From: Octopus sinensis
Taxonomy: Eukaryota
Direction: 5' to 3'
Assembly: GCF_006345805.1 (NCBI RefSeq)
Contig: NC_042998.1
Coordinates: 147,808,001-147,872,000 of the forward strand
Length of the DNA: 64,000 nt
Shown piece after piece: positions 25,960 through 39,509 of the stretch. Numbering within the stretch: position 1 is the stretch's first letter; each line of letters starts with the position of its first letter. The notes beneath the pieces are model-generated. The model was not told the origin of the DNA, did no database searches, and worked only from the letters and a program-made list of their open reading frames with translations. The position numbers were made by a program, and so were the translations under genes.

Positions 25960-26230
25960 AAGGAAGCAAAATCAAGGCCGATTACCGGCACATGCGGAAG
26001 CAATTGAAGGGGGGAAAAGATGTTTATTTTGAATGGAATAAAATCAAAATATTATTTACAGGAAATTATTTAAATAAAAAAATAAAATTGTTCGCTATGC
26101 TTATTTAATATTTCTGCATATCTTTATTATATATGCAATAATCGACAAACAATTATGTCAGTCCCGACTCCCGGCACAATATGGCGGATCCGCTGCACTC
26201 ATTTCCGGTTATATCTCTACGCCTCTCCTG
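25960..26230. promoter_or_regulatory. Putative CK1-gamma promoter region
   Basis: Unique, locally CpG-enriched sequence ~500 bp upstream of the ATG; YY1-like aatatggcgg (26178-26187); ETS-like atttccggt (26201-26209) and gcggaag (~25994-26000). Confidence 0.5.
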
Positions 26231-26709
26231 AAGAAAATTTCTTCGAAACTTCCATCTGCATTACTGATTTAACTTTATTTCAGACTTATCAAGAGTTTTA
26301 AAGCAACTTTCAAAGAATTCGCAGCAAGAATATTTGAAATATTGAAATGTGTGGGTGTGATTGAAGCTGCGCGGATTAATATTTGTTTGACAGTATTAGT
26401 CTTCAAACATAGTTCCCTCCAAGACTAGAGAACAAGAGAATCTCTCACGTAGGGAGAGTTAAGTGCAAAAATTAGAGGATATTTCGATCTGTTAACCATG
26501 GTGAATTCCCTAGACTTACACTAGCCCAAATGGATGTATTTACTTCATTTTGGATCAACAAATTTGTCTGTATACGGACCCAAGGGCTAATGTTTTGACA
26601 AGCACTGGCGGAATTCGCTTTATTAAACAAGTTAGACACCACTGTCTGTATGCGTGAATGGCTGTCATACGAAATTTTTCTTAAGTGTCTTGTCTTTCAT
26701 ATTGTCATT

Positions 26710-26884
26710 ATGAGTAACCTGCCAAAACAACATGGACCAGGGGAGGATCAGAGCAGGCGAGGGGCCAAGTCAGGGGTTCGAATGAGACCATCAAGTCAAA
26801 GTAATTCCAGTGTTTTGATGGTAGGGCCCAACTTTAGAGTGGGCAAAAAAATCGGATGTGGTAACTTCGGAGAACTCCGGCTTG
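26710..26884 (+). CDS. CSNK1G: Casein kinase I gamma (gilgamesh), first coding exon
   Basis: MSNLPKQHG...[27 protein letters not shown] is the diagnostic CK1-gamma N-lobe glycine loop; phase-1 donor G|GTAAGT at 26885. An in-frame upstream ATG exists at 26650. I did not find the next exon (KNLY..E.VAIK) in the window. Confidence 0.93.
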
Positions 26885-27546
26885 GTAAGTAATGTTGGGT
26901 TTAAAACACCATAAATACATGTATATATTATATATATGCCTTACAGCGAACATTTACATAGATCACACTGTTATACAGCATTTATTTTACATACACATAG
27001 GTTCTTTCTATGTATTTATATGTATATATGTAATACACACACACACATATATGTTGTTGATTTTTTTTTTCCTTTATAGATATTCAGTCTACGATCGTTT
27101 ATGTTTATTACCACAATTTCTAAAATATAATATAAGTACCATCATGTATTTTTTTGTGTGTTTTCCCATTCTTGTTATATTTCAGAATTTTATTCTTATA
27201 TATAATTCAGTGTAATTGAAAAACTTGTTCAGAGTTCCTAATTATATTATGTTAAAAAATACCGAAGAACCTTATAGGTTTTCTTTTTAAAGGATTGTTT
27301 TTTTTGTCAATCTATTTTGAAAAATAGTAAAAAAAAAGTGGTGGGGATTGAAGTGTCGTGTTATTGAAAATTTAACAGTGAATGCCTTGATTTAGTGGCA
27401 TTAGTCACCATTTCTTTCCGTGGCTGAGTCTTCGATTGCCACCTTCCCCAACATTGGTAGAATCTCTCTGTCTCTCATCTAACCTCCTTCATATATATTG
27501 CCTCTACAAAAATGCTCTCTTTCACTGTCTCGACGCACACATAGAC

Positions 27547-27593
<47 letters not shown>

Positions 27594-27859
27594 TATATAT
27601 ACTCATACACTTTAAACATATTGACACATATATATACATGCATACATACATACACACACACCTATGCATATTTGTTTATTCATAATTATATTTATTAATA
27701 TAATCTGCAAGTACAGCAATAATAATTTCTTCGGTTATTAAGCGGTAACATTTCGAATTATGTATTGACTTACCAAACCGGATATATTACTGTTACTCAT
27801 CAATACGTGGTATTATATATATATATATACACACACCTACCTTAATCTGTAGTATCATA

Positions 27860-27898
<39 letters not shown>

Positions 27899-29245
27899 GT
27901 GATGTTTGTCATACACACACCTGCTTTAATTGAGAAAAAGGAACAATAGAAACATCATTTTGTGATATTACCTCCCCACCCCACCCTAGATAAAAATATA
28001 CATTCTGTTTCTTTCCATACAAGTAATTTTTGCTTGTGTCTGTCCGTATATGTGTGTGTATGTTGCAACGTATAGGCAGGTATTGTGAAACTGGGTCGAT
28101 TGTTTATACATTAAGTACTGTAATGGTGGTACCTCATACATATTGCTATATATATATATAGATACATAGATACACGCACACTCAGCAGTGATATTGATAT
28201 CCGTGATTTGTATATTATATACACTGAATGTAGACTACTACTTATAGCAATACATATAACTACACACACACCTTTTTAATCGTACATATACATAGTTGAA
28301 TATATACACATAACGACACTGTTCTACTCCTACACTCTGTTTTATGTTTGTTTTCTGTATGTGGTCGAGATGTCTAAGGCGACCGATGTTGATATAAAAT
28401 GGTAAATGCCTGAAGAAAAGTTGAGGCTTGTATCCCATACTGCCGCCATCACCACCAACTATCCTTTTTGTACTCTAAATACCACCGCCGTTTTCCTTGT
28501 ACCCTAAAAATATAACAACGACCAACACCTTTCTTGTACCCTATAGTACCACCACCAGTCGCCTTCTGCCACCACCCCTTCTCCTGAAACCAGCGCTTCC
28601 GTTTTGCATTTAACTAACCTCCAACCGACCTTATTACCAAAGCTTCAGGGATGGATGTCTTTTTCTTTACCATCCCATTTAGTCAACCTACCCAACTATG
28701 TTTTTTTGTCTACCAGCATCACTTATCCACCCACTCCTTTGTCAGATAACACACACACTGTATTAATGATAGAATATATCGAAGACAAAAAATATAGAAA
28801 CGATTTGTCACTATTATTGTTTTAAAATTAATTAGATCATTAAAATATTTTAAAAGCTCTTTTGTTAAATTAATGTGGTGTTACACACACACACTAATGG
28901 CTTTAAATAGAAAAGTAGCCAGAGCGAGTTTTAAGGATTTACCATTAATTTCGAAAGTAGTTGGTGTTGCTCTGTAAAGCAGACTGACTATATATATAGA
29001 CACATATAATGCTGGATATATTCTGGTGTGTGTTGAGTTTTCATAAAGTGTATATTAACATATACAAATAAAGGGTAATATCTTAATGTGGATAGATCAC
29101 ACTCAGTATGCTATGTAAAAAATTATGTAATTTTGAACCCATTCGGAATTGGAGTAAATTAAACAACCCCATTTATTATTTTTGTAAATCTGAGATTTTG
29201 ACTTAGAACATCACAGGCATATATGTGTGTGTGTATGTATGTATG

Positions 29246-29298
<53 letters not shown>

Positions 29299-30465
29299 AT
29301 ATATGTTGGTTAATAGATGAGGGTAGAATATTTAAGTAATTAACAGTTTTTTTCTGTTAATAATACATCTAACAACAATAGTATTTTAAGATATTCTGAA
29401 ATGTTTGGGTAAAAGAGAATTATTTTTCCTCTTTAAGAGAAGACAACCATGTCTTATTTCTTTCTATCTCGTCTTTCTTCTGGTCTCTCTTTCTTTTTAA
29501 TTTCCCTTTTCTGTGATTCAATCGAATTTATTAAAATATCTACCTGTGGATTTACTAAGTTAGACCGAAAAATTAAAAACCTTTTTCTCAGTCAGATCTT
29601 CCAAGATTTCTAAATTTCATATATTCATAAATAACTGAGTTTGTGTGTGTAATGTATTGTGGATGATATAATTTCTCTGTGTGTAATGGTATAAAATTTA
29701 AAAGAACGAACCCCGTGATCGCGTTTTTAAAACTTAAGCGTTTAAGGAATAAATATGTTGTAGAAGTGTCTTCTTTATTTCTAACCCCATCGTCTTTTCA
29801 CACACACACAACCCACTCACGTTCATGATACGTCATCTATAATTAGTATTGTCATTTTATTTTATTTTTCTTCTTCATTTCATCCTAGATCTAAATCATC
29901 ATTTAATTAGTGCTATTACTGAAAAATAAATTCTCAGCTTTCTCATATTATCACGGTCCTAATTTCCATGTTCATGGAGAAGAAAGGTTTTATTTTTTTG
30001 ATTTATTATATCTCACCGAAACAAAATAGCTATGCTCAGCCCACCCACAAACACACACATACACATCTCGATCTCTTTTTCTCCATAAAGTGCTGCATTT
30101 TATCCTGGAAGTAACAATCATTTTTCCCCCCCAGTTCCTCATTCATGTACTTCCTGTGAGTCAGTTATACAAGAAAACTTGCAATAAAATAAGCTGCTTG
30201 CTTCTTCACTTAAGAATATTGAAACAGATTGTCTTCAACTAGATAACCATTATAGCCGCTCATCATACCCTTTCAGACATCCACTGATTCTCATTATCAT
30301 TCTTCAATTTCTTTTTAAACGATTAAATCATTGAAAAATATTACGAATAATTCATCATCATCATTATTATTATTATTTCTTAATGTTCTCCAACGATCGA
30401 TATAATAGTTTACTATAGTGCAACATATTACAATTCCATAACCTGGAACTATAAGTGTTCATCTG

Positions 30466-30503
<38 letters not shown>

Positions 30504-31879
30504 ATCTGTGTGTGTGTGTGTAGTGTCTATATAGACTATATATAGTATGTGTATATTCAAAAACATTAATATATACATAAGTATAAGTTGTGTGCATACA
30601 TATGTATTTCTATGTGTGTATGAGTATTTAAAATTGATATATATATATATTATATATATATATATTAAGGTATGTAGAAAAATACAACATGGACAAGAAC
30701 GTATAACAGATAGAAGACGATACAATAAACATGGACAGGACATTCGAACCCCTCAGTCTTCAGTCAAGAACCGGATCATCGTAGTAATTTCGATATATAT
30801 AAAAATATCAATGTGCTTGTGTATTTCTATAGGGATGTGTAACAAGTTGTTGGGACTATATAGATAAGTATATTAATAGTAAAGATTAAAACTATTGAAT
30901 ATAATGTTCCTTAGTTCAGTATACACACACACGTATATAATAAGGCCTTAAAATTTCCCTAAATGTATGTGTCTATTTGTATGTATCTCCTTGTGTGTGT
31001 GTATAAAACAAATCTAGCTATTTATTTATACATATATACACATTTTTGTTTGTGGTATGTCTTGAGCAGTTAGAATGCATGACTGCTGCTGATGAGTTCA
31101 GAGCTCCATGTAGATTGGGTATACTTCCAGTGTTGTAGTGTAGTTACTTGGAACATCCACTGTAGAGGATGTAAATAACCACAATGGTGAAGTGTATGTA
31201 GGGAACAAATGATATAAACTGCATCTTTTGAATATCATAATTTCTCATTAAATTTTTAAGTGTATGTATGTATGTGTATATATGTATGTATATATATGCA
31301 TTAATATGTATATATATCAAAATGTATATATATGTGTGTGTACATATGAAGTATATGTCTATACAAATATACATACACTCACATATATATATGTATACAC
31401 ACACGCACACATGTATATACATATACGGATATATATATATATATGCACGTGTATATATTTGTGTGGATATATATGTAGATATGCATTCATATTTGTATAT
31501 GTTTATATGTGTACCTAAAGTGTGCATACATGTATGTATGTATATGTATATATATATATATTATATGAATATAGCTATAGACACAGCATGGCTGTGTTGT
31601 TTCCTGACCATGTAGTTCCTGGTTCAGCCCCATTGCATAGCACCTTGGGCATGTATCTTCTATAGTCTCAGGATGAAAAACTTGTGAATGAATTTCATCA
31701 TCATTGTTTTAACATCTACTTTTTGACGCGAGCACTGGTCAGTTCATATTTGTTGAAGTGGCTTTTCTATGGCTGGATGCCTTTGTTGCCAGTGCTCACC
31801 TGTTTCCAGTTAAGGTAATATTTCCTCATGACAGATATGTTTCTATGTATATGTATATATACATACACATATAATATAC

Positions 31880-32335
31880 ATGTGACGTAGCCAGCCCACT
31901 TATGCGTACCTTTCCTTCTTTGGACACAAAACTCTGCTTGCGAAGACATGTTGAGGCAAGTGAAATCGAAATTGAACCAAATTCGATGACTGGCACCCAT
32001 GCCAACCTTCCTTCATTGGACACTAAACTCTGCTTGCGAAGACCTGTTGGGGCAATTGAAATCGAAATTGAACCAAATTCGATGACTGGCACCTGTGCCA
32101 GTGGAGCGCTAACAGCTCCATCTGAGCGGGACCACTGCCAGAGCAGCTGTCTAGCTTCTGTGCCGATGGCACGTAAAAAGCACCATTTGAGTGTGATCGT
32201 TACCAGCGTTGCCTTACTGGCATTTGTGCTGGTACGTGAAAAAAATATTCGAGCGAGGTCGTTGCCAGTGCTGCTGAACTGACTCCTGTGCAGGTGGCAT
32301 GTAAAAAACACCATTTGAGCGTGTGTCCGTTGCCA
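31880..32335 (+). mobile_element. RTE LINE 3'UTR-derived element with internal ~93 bp tandem duplication
   Basis: Matches 57785-58050 (gtagccag.ccacttatgc..acctttccttct..ggacacaaaactct); ggcacgtaaaaagcacca-type motifs repeated. Confidence 0.75.
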
Positions 32336-32918
32336 CATGATGTCAATACATACACACCAGGCTATGTTCAATTTAATATCAATTAAATCCAAGCACAGGC
32401 ATAGCTGTGTGATTAAGAAGTATGCTTCTGAACTACATGGCTCCAGGTCCAGTCCTAATGTCTAACACTTTGGTTGAGTGTCTTCTACTAAAGCTCTGAG
32501 TCAATCAAAGCCTTGTAAGTGGATTTGGAAGATGGAAATTGAAAGAAGCCAGTCATCATCATCATTTAACGTCCGCTTTCCATGCTGGCATAGGTTGACG
32601 GTTTGACTGAGGACTGAGCCAGAAGGCTGCACTAGGCTTCAATCTGATCTGGCAAAGTTTCTGCAGCTTGATGCTCTTCCTAATGCCAACCACTCTGAGA
32701 GTGTAGTGGGTGCTTTTACGTCCCACCAGCTCGAGGGCCAGTCAGGTGGTTCTAGCAGTGACCTCGCTCAAAGGTGTTTTTTATGTGCTACCTGCACAGG
32801 AGCCAGTCTGGTGGCACATTATTTTTCATGTGCATTCGAGCATGGTCATTATATATATAATCGTCATTTAACATCTACCTTCAGTGAAGGCATGGGTGGG
32901 GATATATATATATATATT

Positions 32919-33009
32919 CTAAAATATTTGTTGCGTCTTGCACCTTTTTCAATAGTTGTTGTGAGTCAGCAACTATTGAAAAGGTTGCAAGACGCAATGA
33001 AAATTTTAG
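32919..33009. repeat. Near-perfect hairpin, ~31 bp core stem, 5 nt loop
   Basis: ttgcgtcttgcacctttttcaatagttgttg-tgagt-cagcaactattgaaaaggttgcaagacgcaa. Confidence 0.9.
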
Positions 33010-34722
33010 GAAAAAAATAAATAAGTAAATGACAGGAAATTTTACTGGCTCTAAAAGAGAATGACTCTCCAAACACAACAGAATTAAAATATACATTTAT
33101 ACATATATGTAAAATATATATGTGTGTGTGTGTATATATATATATATATGCTGAATGACCATATATTTTCTGTATTGCTTTTCAATTAACCTTTTTATTA
33201 CAGGAGCTCATTGGTTCTAGAAGTTATTGTGAATGTAGAATGATTAGAATATACAAGCATTTCTAAACCTGCCCTCAACTGTCCAACCCATGCCAGCATG
33301 GAACATGGACATTACTGATGATTTTCCATGCTTAGCATATCTGGGATAGGTTTTGAAAATTTGTATATTTGTGTATGTTTTTTTTCTTTTATATAGCTTA
33401 TGTCTTTCCTACTGCTTAACCCACAAGTAAGAGCTATCTATCTTAGGAAGCTCTATTCATCCAATGATATGGGTGGTAATATGGTTTAAGTGAACCTCAA
33501 TATATGACTGGTACTTTAACATTGGAAATATGAAAAGCAAACTTGACTCTTATTAATATTTGAGCCCAAAATGCAAAGGCATGGAACAATACTAAAAACG
33601 TTTTGTTACCTTTTTACCATTTTAGTCATTATCATAATATAACATTTCTCTGCATGCATGTGTCAAACAGAATTTATTGAAATATTTTCTATGATTAGAT
33701 GCTCTCGTTGCCAACCTACACCTATTTCCAAGCTGAGTAATATTTCCCCATGGCCTGACATCATGTGATACCAAGATAGGAAACAAACACACACACACCT
33801 CATTTATAGGAAAGGGAGAGATAAAAGGAGACACAGAAAGAGCTGATTTGTGAAAAATATAATGGGAAAAGATGATACTGAGACTGAGAGATGATGGATC
33901 AAAGGAAGTGGTCCCAGGAAGAGGAGGAGATAACTGGTATCACAAATGAGAATGAATTATGTGCAGATTCTGCTCTCATGTAATTGCAATAGCCTGATAG
34001 TGCCATAGTCAGAAGAGTGATGGGTGTTAGGAAGATGACTTGGGGAAGCTTCACGAGGCACAGAGTAGGTACAGGGGTACTGCTCAGTAAGTGTATAGAC
34101 ATAAACATGATGCATTTAGGATCTCATTTTCATCATGACAGACAGGTCTTCTAGAGCACAGGTAATTGCCAATCATCTCAGTCCTTTGTCATCTGTAGTA
34201 ATCTTGAAGAATTTTAATAATAATAATGTTTTAATAATCATTTCTGACATAGGCATAAGGCCAGAAATTTATGGGAGGTGTTTAGTTAACTCAGCCTCAA
34301 TGCCTCACTGGAACTTTATTTTATTGACCCTGGAGTGTTGAAAGGCAAAGTTGATTTCAGTTGAATTTGAACCAAGAAAGTAAAGAACAATTGATCTGTC
34401 ACTTTAATAATTCTGCCTATTCAGTGTTCTAAATAATAATAGGCAGTAGACCTGAATTTTTGTGGAGAGAGGGCTAGTAAATTACATTGATCCCAGAATT
34501 TTATTGGTACTTATTTTATTGACTTGGGAAGGATGAAAAGTAAAGTTGACCATGGTGGCATTTGAACTCAGAATATAATGTATTGGAAGAAATGCCACAA
34601 AGCATTTTTACTGCTTCCTTGACAATACTGGAGCTTGCTACCATATTAATAATTCTTTATAATTCTGGCCCAAGGCCTGCAATTTTGAGAAGAGAAGGTA
34701 GGTTGATTACATCAGCCCTAGT

Positions 34723-35219
34723 GTGACCCCCTTTGGTCGTGAATGACCATGGGATTGCACCTAGAAAGGTACCCTCCGAGGCACAAGTCTGGGCAAGGTG
34801 GTTTATGGAAGACCAGCAGTCACCCACGCATACCAGCCTCCCCTCTCCACACCACCAATGTTATCCAAAGGAAAGGCAAAGGGCGATACAGCTTGGCACC
34901 AGTGACATCGCAGCTCATTTATTAATGTGCAAGTGACTGAGCACTCTACAGACACGTGTACCCTTAATGTAGTTCTCGGGGAGATTCAGCGTGACAAGGC
35001 TGGCCTTTTGAAATACTGGTACAACAGAAACAGGAAGAAAGAGTGAGAGAAAGTTGTGGTGAAAGAGTACAGCAGGGTTTGCCACTACCCCTGCTGGAGC
35101 CTTGTGGAGCTTTAGGGGTTTTCAGTCAATAAACATTCACAATGCCCAGTCTGGGAATTGAAACCGTGATCCTACGACCGCGAGTCCGCTGCCCTAACCA
35201 CTGGGCCATTACACCTCCC
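34723..35219 (-). mobile_element. tRNA-headed SINE with 13 bp target-site duplication, inserted into another SINE
   Basis: TSD catcagccctagt at 34710-34722 and 35220-35232; minus-strand head tggcccagtggttagggcagcggactcgcggtcgtaggatcacggtttcaattccc. Confidence 0.85.
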
Positions 35220-36616
35220 CATCAGCCCTAGTACTTGACTGGTATTTATTACCTTTGAAAAGATGAAAGGTAAAGTTGCTTGGTGAGATTTGAGTACAGA
35301 ACATAATAAATCAGAAGAAATGGCTGCAAAGCATTTTTTCTGATGCTCTAACAGTTCTGCCAGCCCACTGCCTTAATAATAATAATAATAATGCTGATTT
35401 CAAATTTTTCCACAAGAGCAGCTATTTTGGTAGGTAGGGGATGATTTGATTACATCGACTTCAATGTTCAACCGGTACTTATTCTCTGAAAGGATGAAAG
35501 GCAAAGTTGACCTCGGCAGAATTTGAACTCAGAATGTGAAAATGGATGAAATACTGCTAAGCATTTCACCCAGTGTGCTAATGATTCAGTCAGCTCACCA
35601 TTTTAATAATAATAATAATAAACAATCATACTCATAATGAAAGTAACTGTTCTCAGTTCTAAGTTTATTAGTGGTAGTGATGTAAAAGACAGTGATAGTA
35701 GTGCTGAAAATAATAGAATAGATCCATCCTTCAAGTTGATGTTGAGGATGACTTGTGGAGAACTGTCCAGGTGAGGGCTGGTCTGTGCAGGAAAAAAAAT
35801 AATAACCAGGAGTTCAGTAAGATAAATATAATGATGTTTGGCAAAACAAAGTAAATATAGGGCACTTGGCCAAAAGTGAATGTATAAAGCGAGAAGGCTC
35901 AATAAAGCAGATATCAAAGCAAAGAAGATAGTCCAGCAAGATAATCTCATAAGGTATGATGGTTCAATGGGGATAGGTGGTCTTGTGGCAAAGATGCCCC
36001 AAAGTGGAAGTTTAATAAGGGGGCCTCCTCCTTTTTTCTTAGGCTTCCAACCTGTGAGTGTTATTGTTGTTATGTTTGTACTATTTTGTATGTCTCCATA
36101 TTCATTGACATATTGCTGAAGTAAACCAGCCAAAATCAAGTGCTTTTACCAGACACATTGCATAATGTTGATAATAGAATATTGAACAATTAGCTTATGG
36201 CTTTACACTTTAATGACTCGGCCAGTTTCAACTATCAAAATAATATTAGCATACAAATAATCTCTTTTGCATTGCAGTGGATATTCAGACCAAACAACTT
36301 GTAATAATTTCTATGTATAGAATTCTATGACAATTGAAATAGTTTTAGATTGTTTTTTAATTAATGCAGTATAATTATTGATTGGCTACCCCCAGAACAG
36401 TTTGTTTTTCATATGTGCTATTACCTTTTCCAGTTAGTGGGGATTTACAATATTTTTAAAGTAATTTTTCTTCAGATTGCTCATCATCATCATTTTAACA
36501 TCCACTTTTCCATACTTGCATGGGTTGGATAGAGTGTATTGAGACAGATTTTCTTAAACTAGTTGGTATCTTGTTGTCAACCCAAGCAAGGTAATTTTCC
36601 CCTATGACCAAACATG

Positions 36617-36649
<33 letters not shown>

Positions 36650-36654
<5 letters not shown>

Positions 36655-37320
36655 CAAATTGTATGATATCTGTGTATGTACAGCTATTCTGCATGGCAAA
36701 CATGGGTTTTGACTGCAGAGGACTTGCGAAGGATTGAAAGAAATGAAGCTAGCATGCTCTACTGGATGTGTATTGTCAGTTTGCAGTATGTAAGTGATTT
36801 ATGCTGAAAACTGGGAATAAGCGGCATCAAATGTGTGCAAGACTGCTGGTTTGGTCATTTGATGCGTATGGATGAGGGCAGGTGTACAAAGAAGTGCTGA
36901 GCTCTAATTGTGAAGAGAACCTGTGGAAGGGGTAGATCCAGGAGAATGCGGGATGAAGCAGTGAGAAAGGATCATTCGATGCTGGGCCTTGCTGAAGAAA
37001 TAATGAGGAACCAGTAGTTGTTGTAATTTTCTGTACTTGGGAAGACATATCAAGCTAAGTAAAATTGCTGTCATCCATCCATACATACAAGGTTGTCCTT
37101 TACTACTGCTGGTGCCACATAAAATGCATTCTTGCTGGTGCTGTGTAAATGCACCTGTGATAGTGGCATGTTAAGAGCACCCAGCACACTTTGTAAAGTG
37201 GCTGACATTAGGAAGGGCATCCAGCTGTAGAAACCATGCCACAACAGACAATTGAAGGCTAGCCAGCTCCTGTCAAACCATCCAACCAATGCCAACATAG
37301 AAAACAGATGTGAAATGATG
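36650..37320 (+). mobile_element. RTE LINE 3' fragment plus 3'UTR
   Basis: Colinear with 57320-58200. Confidence 0.75.
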
Positions 37321-37328
37321 ATTATGAA

Positions 37329-37365
<37 letters not shown>

Positions 37366-39324
37366 GATACATTCACACATATATATGTACACATGTTTAT
37401 GCACACATGCAATGGGCTTCTTTCAATTTCCATGTACCAAATCCATTCAAAAGGCTTTGGTCAGCCCAGGGTAAGAGTAGAAGACAACATACCCATGGAT
37501 TTGTTATTTCCTTTGGTTGGCTATTTTTTTTTTTTTATAATATTGTCATTGGTGAAATATTTTTAACATAGTCAGTTAGATACTAGAGTTATTTAATATT
37601 GCTTTCATGTAGCTATAAACAGTAACCCTTTTAATTAATAGGTATTCATGATTCAAATTCCTCGTGGTAGTTGTTTCTGTTTCTGGTTGATAAAAATATA
37701 AAAAAAACTTATCTAGTACTGCATTCTCTTACATCCCTACCCCACCCACTATTTATATTTGTTGCCTTGAAGAAATCCTTATTACTACTTGATGTTATTC
37801 ATGTCTGTCATTATCTGTAGAAATTTTAACTGAGAAGTCAAATTAGGCAGAATTTGTGTTTCAGAGAAGTTTCTTCACTGAAGAATGCAAAACATTATGT
37901 AATTGTCAATGTCAACATTTACTTTAAGTAAATGTTCTAAATGTTCCTGTTTTTCAAGGAAGGGTCATTTTATTCCACACATTTTTGAAAGCACAGAGTC
38001 AGTAGATACTATGTTGATAGAAAACAACAAACTTCAATGCTTGTAACTCTTCTGGTTTTTTTGCAAAGCATTTTGAATGTAAACATTCATACACATGCTA
38101 GTGTGGAAAGCAGATATAAAAATTATGAGGATATATTTGTGTGTGTGTGCCTCACACAAATATGTCTAAGTTTATATGTTCGTCCAACTGGTATGAAAGC
38201 CTACTTCAACTCATGGTGCTCTATTGGAACTGATTCATATTGACAGTTGAGGGTAATGAAATGTTCTCACTTCATTCTCCATATATTTTGCAGTGGTGAT
38301 TGCTTGTACATTTAAAGACTGGTCTAGGTATCTTTGCCTGGTATTGCACATCAGGTAAGCTGTTATTCTGAATTGTTCCATAGCTAAGTTGAAGACCTTT
38401 ATAACTTTTCATGCTGGTGATTGTATTCTTGTGGCTCACTTGGTAGAACTATTCAGAAAAAAATAGCCCCTTACAATAAACCTGAAGAAAACTGTGATCT
38501 TTACATTTACTTCAAGAAGAATTACGTATGGAGCTTGATCTATTTGTTTAAGGGACCAGACTTACAGAGGATGCTTTTATGTATCTTGGCAGCTCAGTCT
38601 CTAGAAATGGGTCAACTTGAGGAATGAGAAAACTTGAATTGTATTTATGACACTAAAGAAATGAGTTTGATCAGATAGGGTCTTGAAACTGTTTTGCACC
38701 ATCATATCCCTGTTATATTTACCTGAAACCTGGATCTTATATCAATGACACAAAATACTCAAGATATCAGCAGAAGTGTTTGTCTGTATTAAACATGTGT
38801 TGGATATCTTTTATGCCTAACATGTGAGTGCTGGTGAACCTTGGTAGTGTTGATTTGGTACATCTTACTATCTTGCACTAATCAGAAGTGAATAGAATCG
38901 TTTTTCCTTCCTCCCTTTTCCATTACCAAACTTAGAGGCTCTGCAAAACATATGGGTTGCAATCCTTCTGATGATTCTATAACATCGTCATTATTTTATA
39001 TTTGGTTTTCCATGTTAGCATGGGTTGGATGAGTCTCACAGTATTTCACTACTTGTGTATGTTGTAATTTTGACATTGTTTACAGCTGGGTACCCTGCCT
39101 ATCACCATCCATTATAATATGAGTTCGTTTTAATGTGTCACAACACAAGAGAATATACATAGTAACACTATGCCTTAAATCAGTTGGTTTATTCAATTTT
39201 ATTCTCCTTAGTTGCTTACCTGCACTAAGGTTTATGACCTCTATATCTTTGTTTTTCCTCTTTTCTGGTATCATAGATTTTAAAACTTTACAACACGGTC
39301 AAGGTATATTTTATCAGGCTATGG

Positions 39325-39509
39325 TAGTACTCTGCGACCGGTATGCTGTAGGACACTAGTGTGCCACAAGATGATGCTAGGTGTGCTGCAGTGTAACCTG
39401 AAAATAATTTTTTCCCTATACTTTTAGTTATATTTTTAGTTCAGGTGTGCCGTCCAATTTTGAAAAGAATATAAGTGTACTGCAAGTGAAAAGAGGTTGC
39501 GGAGCACTG
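39325..39509. mobile_element. hAT (Charlie-like) MITE, 185 bp
   Basis: Imperfect TIRs tagtactctgcgacc / ggttgcggagcactg; 8 bp TSD ggctatgg (39317-24) / ggccatgg (39510-17); repeated gtgtgc(c/t) subterminal motifs. Confidence 0.75.

Noticed and set aside
30730-30795. Minus-strand ctgaaga...cgaa as a third hammerhead
   Set aside because: No convincing helix II and no GAAA-CGU-H arrangement
31980-32320. Short spaced repeats as a CRISPR-like array
   Set aside because: Eukaryotic LINE 3'UTR repeats, few and degenerate, with no cas genes
35140-35219. Genuine tRNA gene
   Set aside because: It is the head of a TSD-flanked SINE and lacks a complete cloverleaf and poly-T terminator
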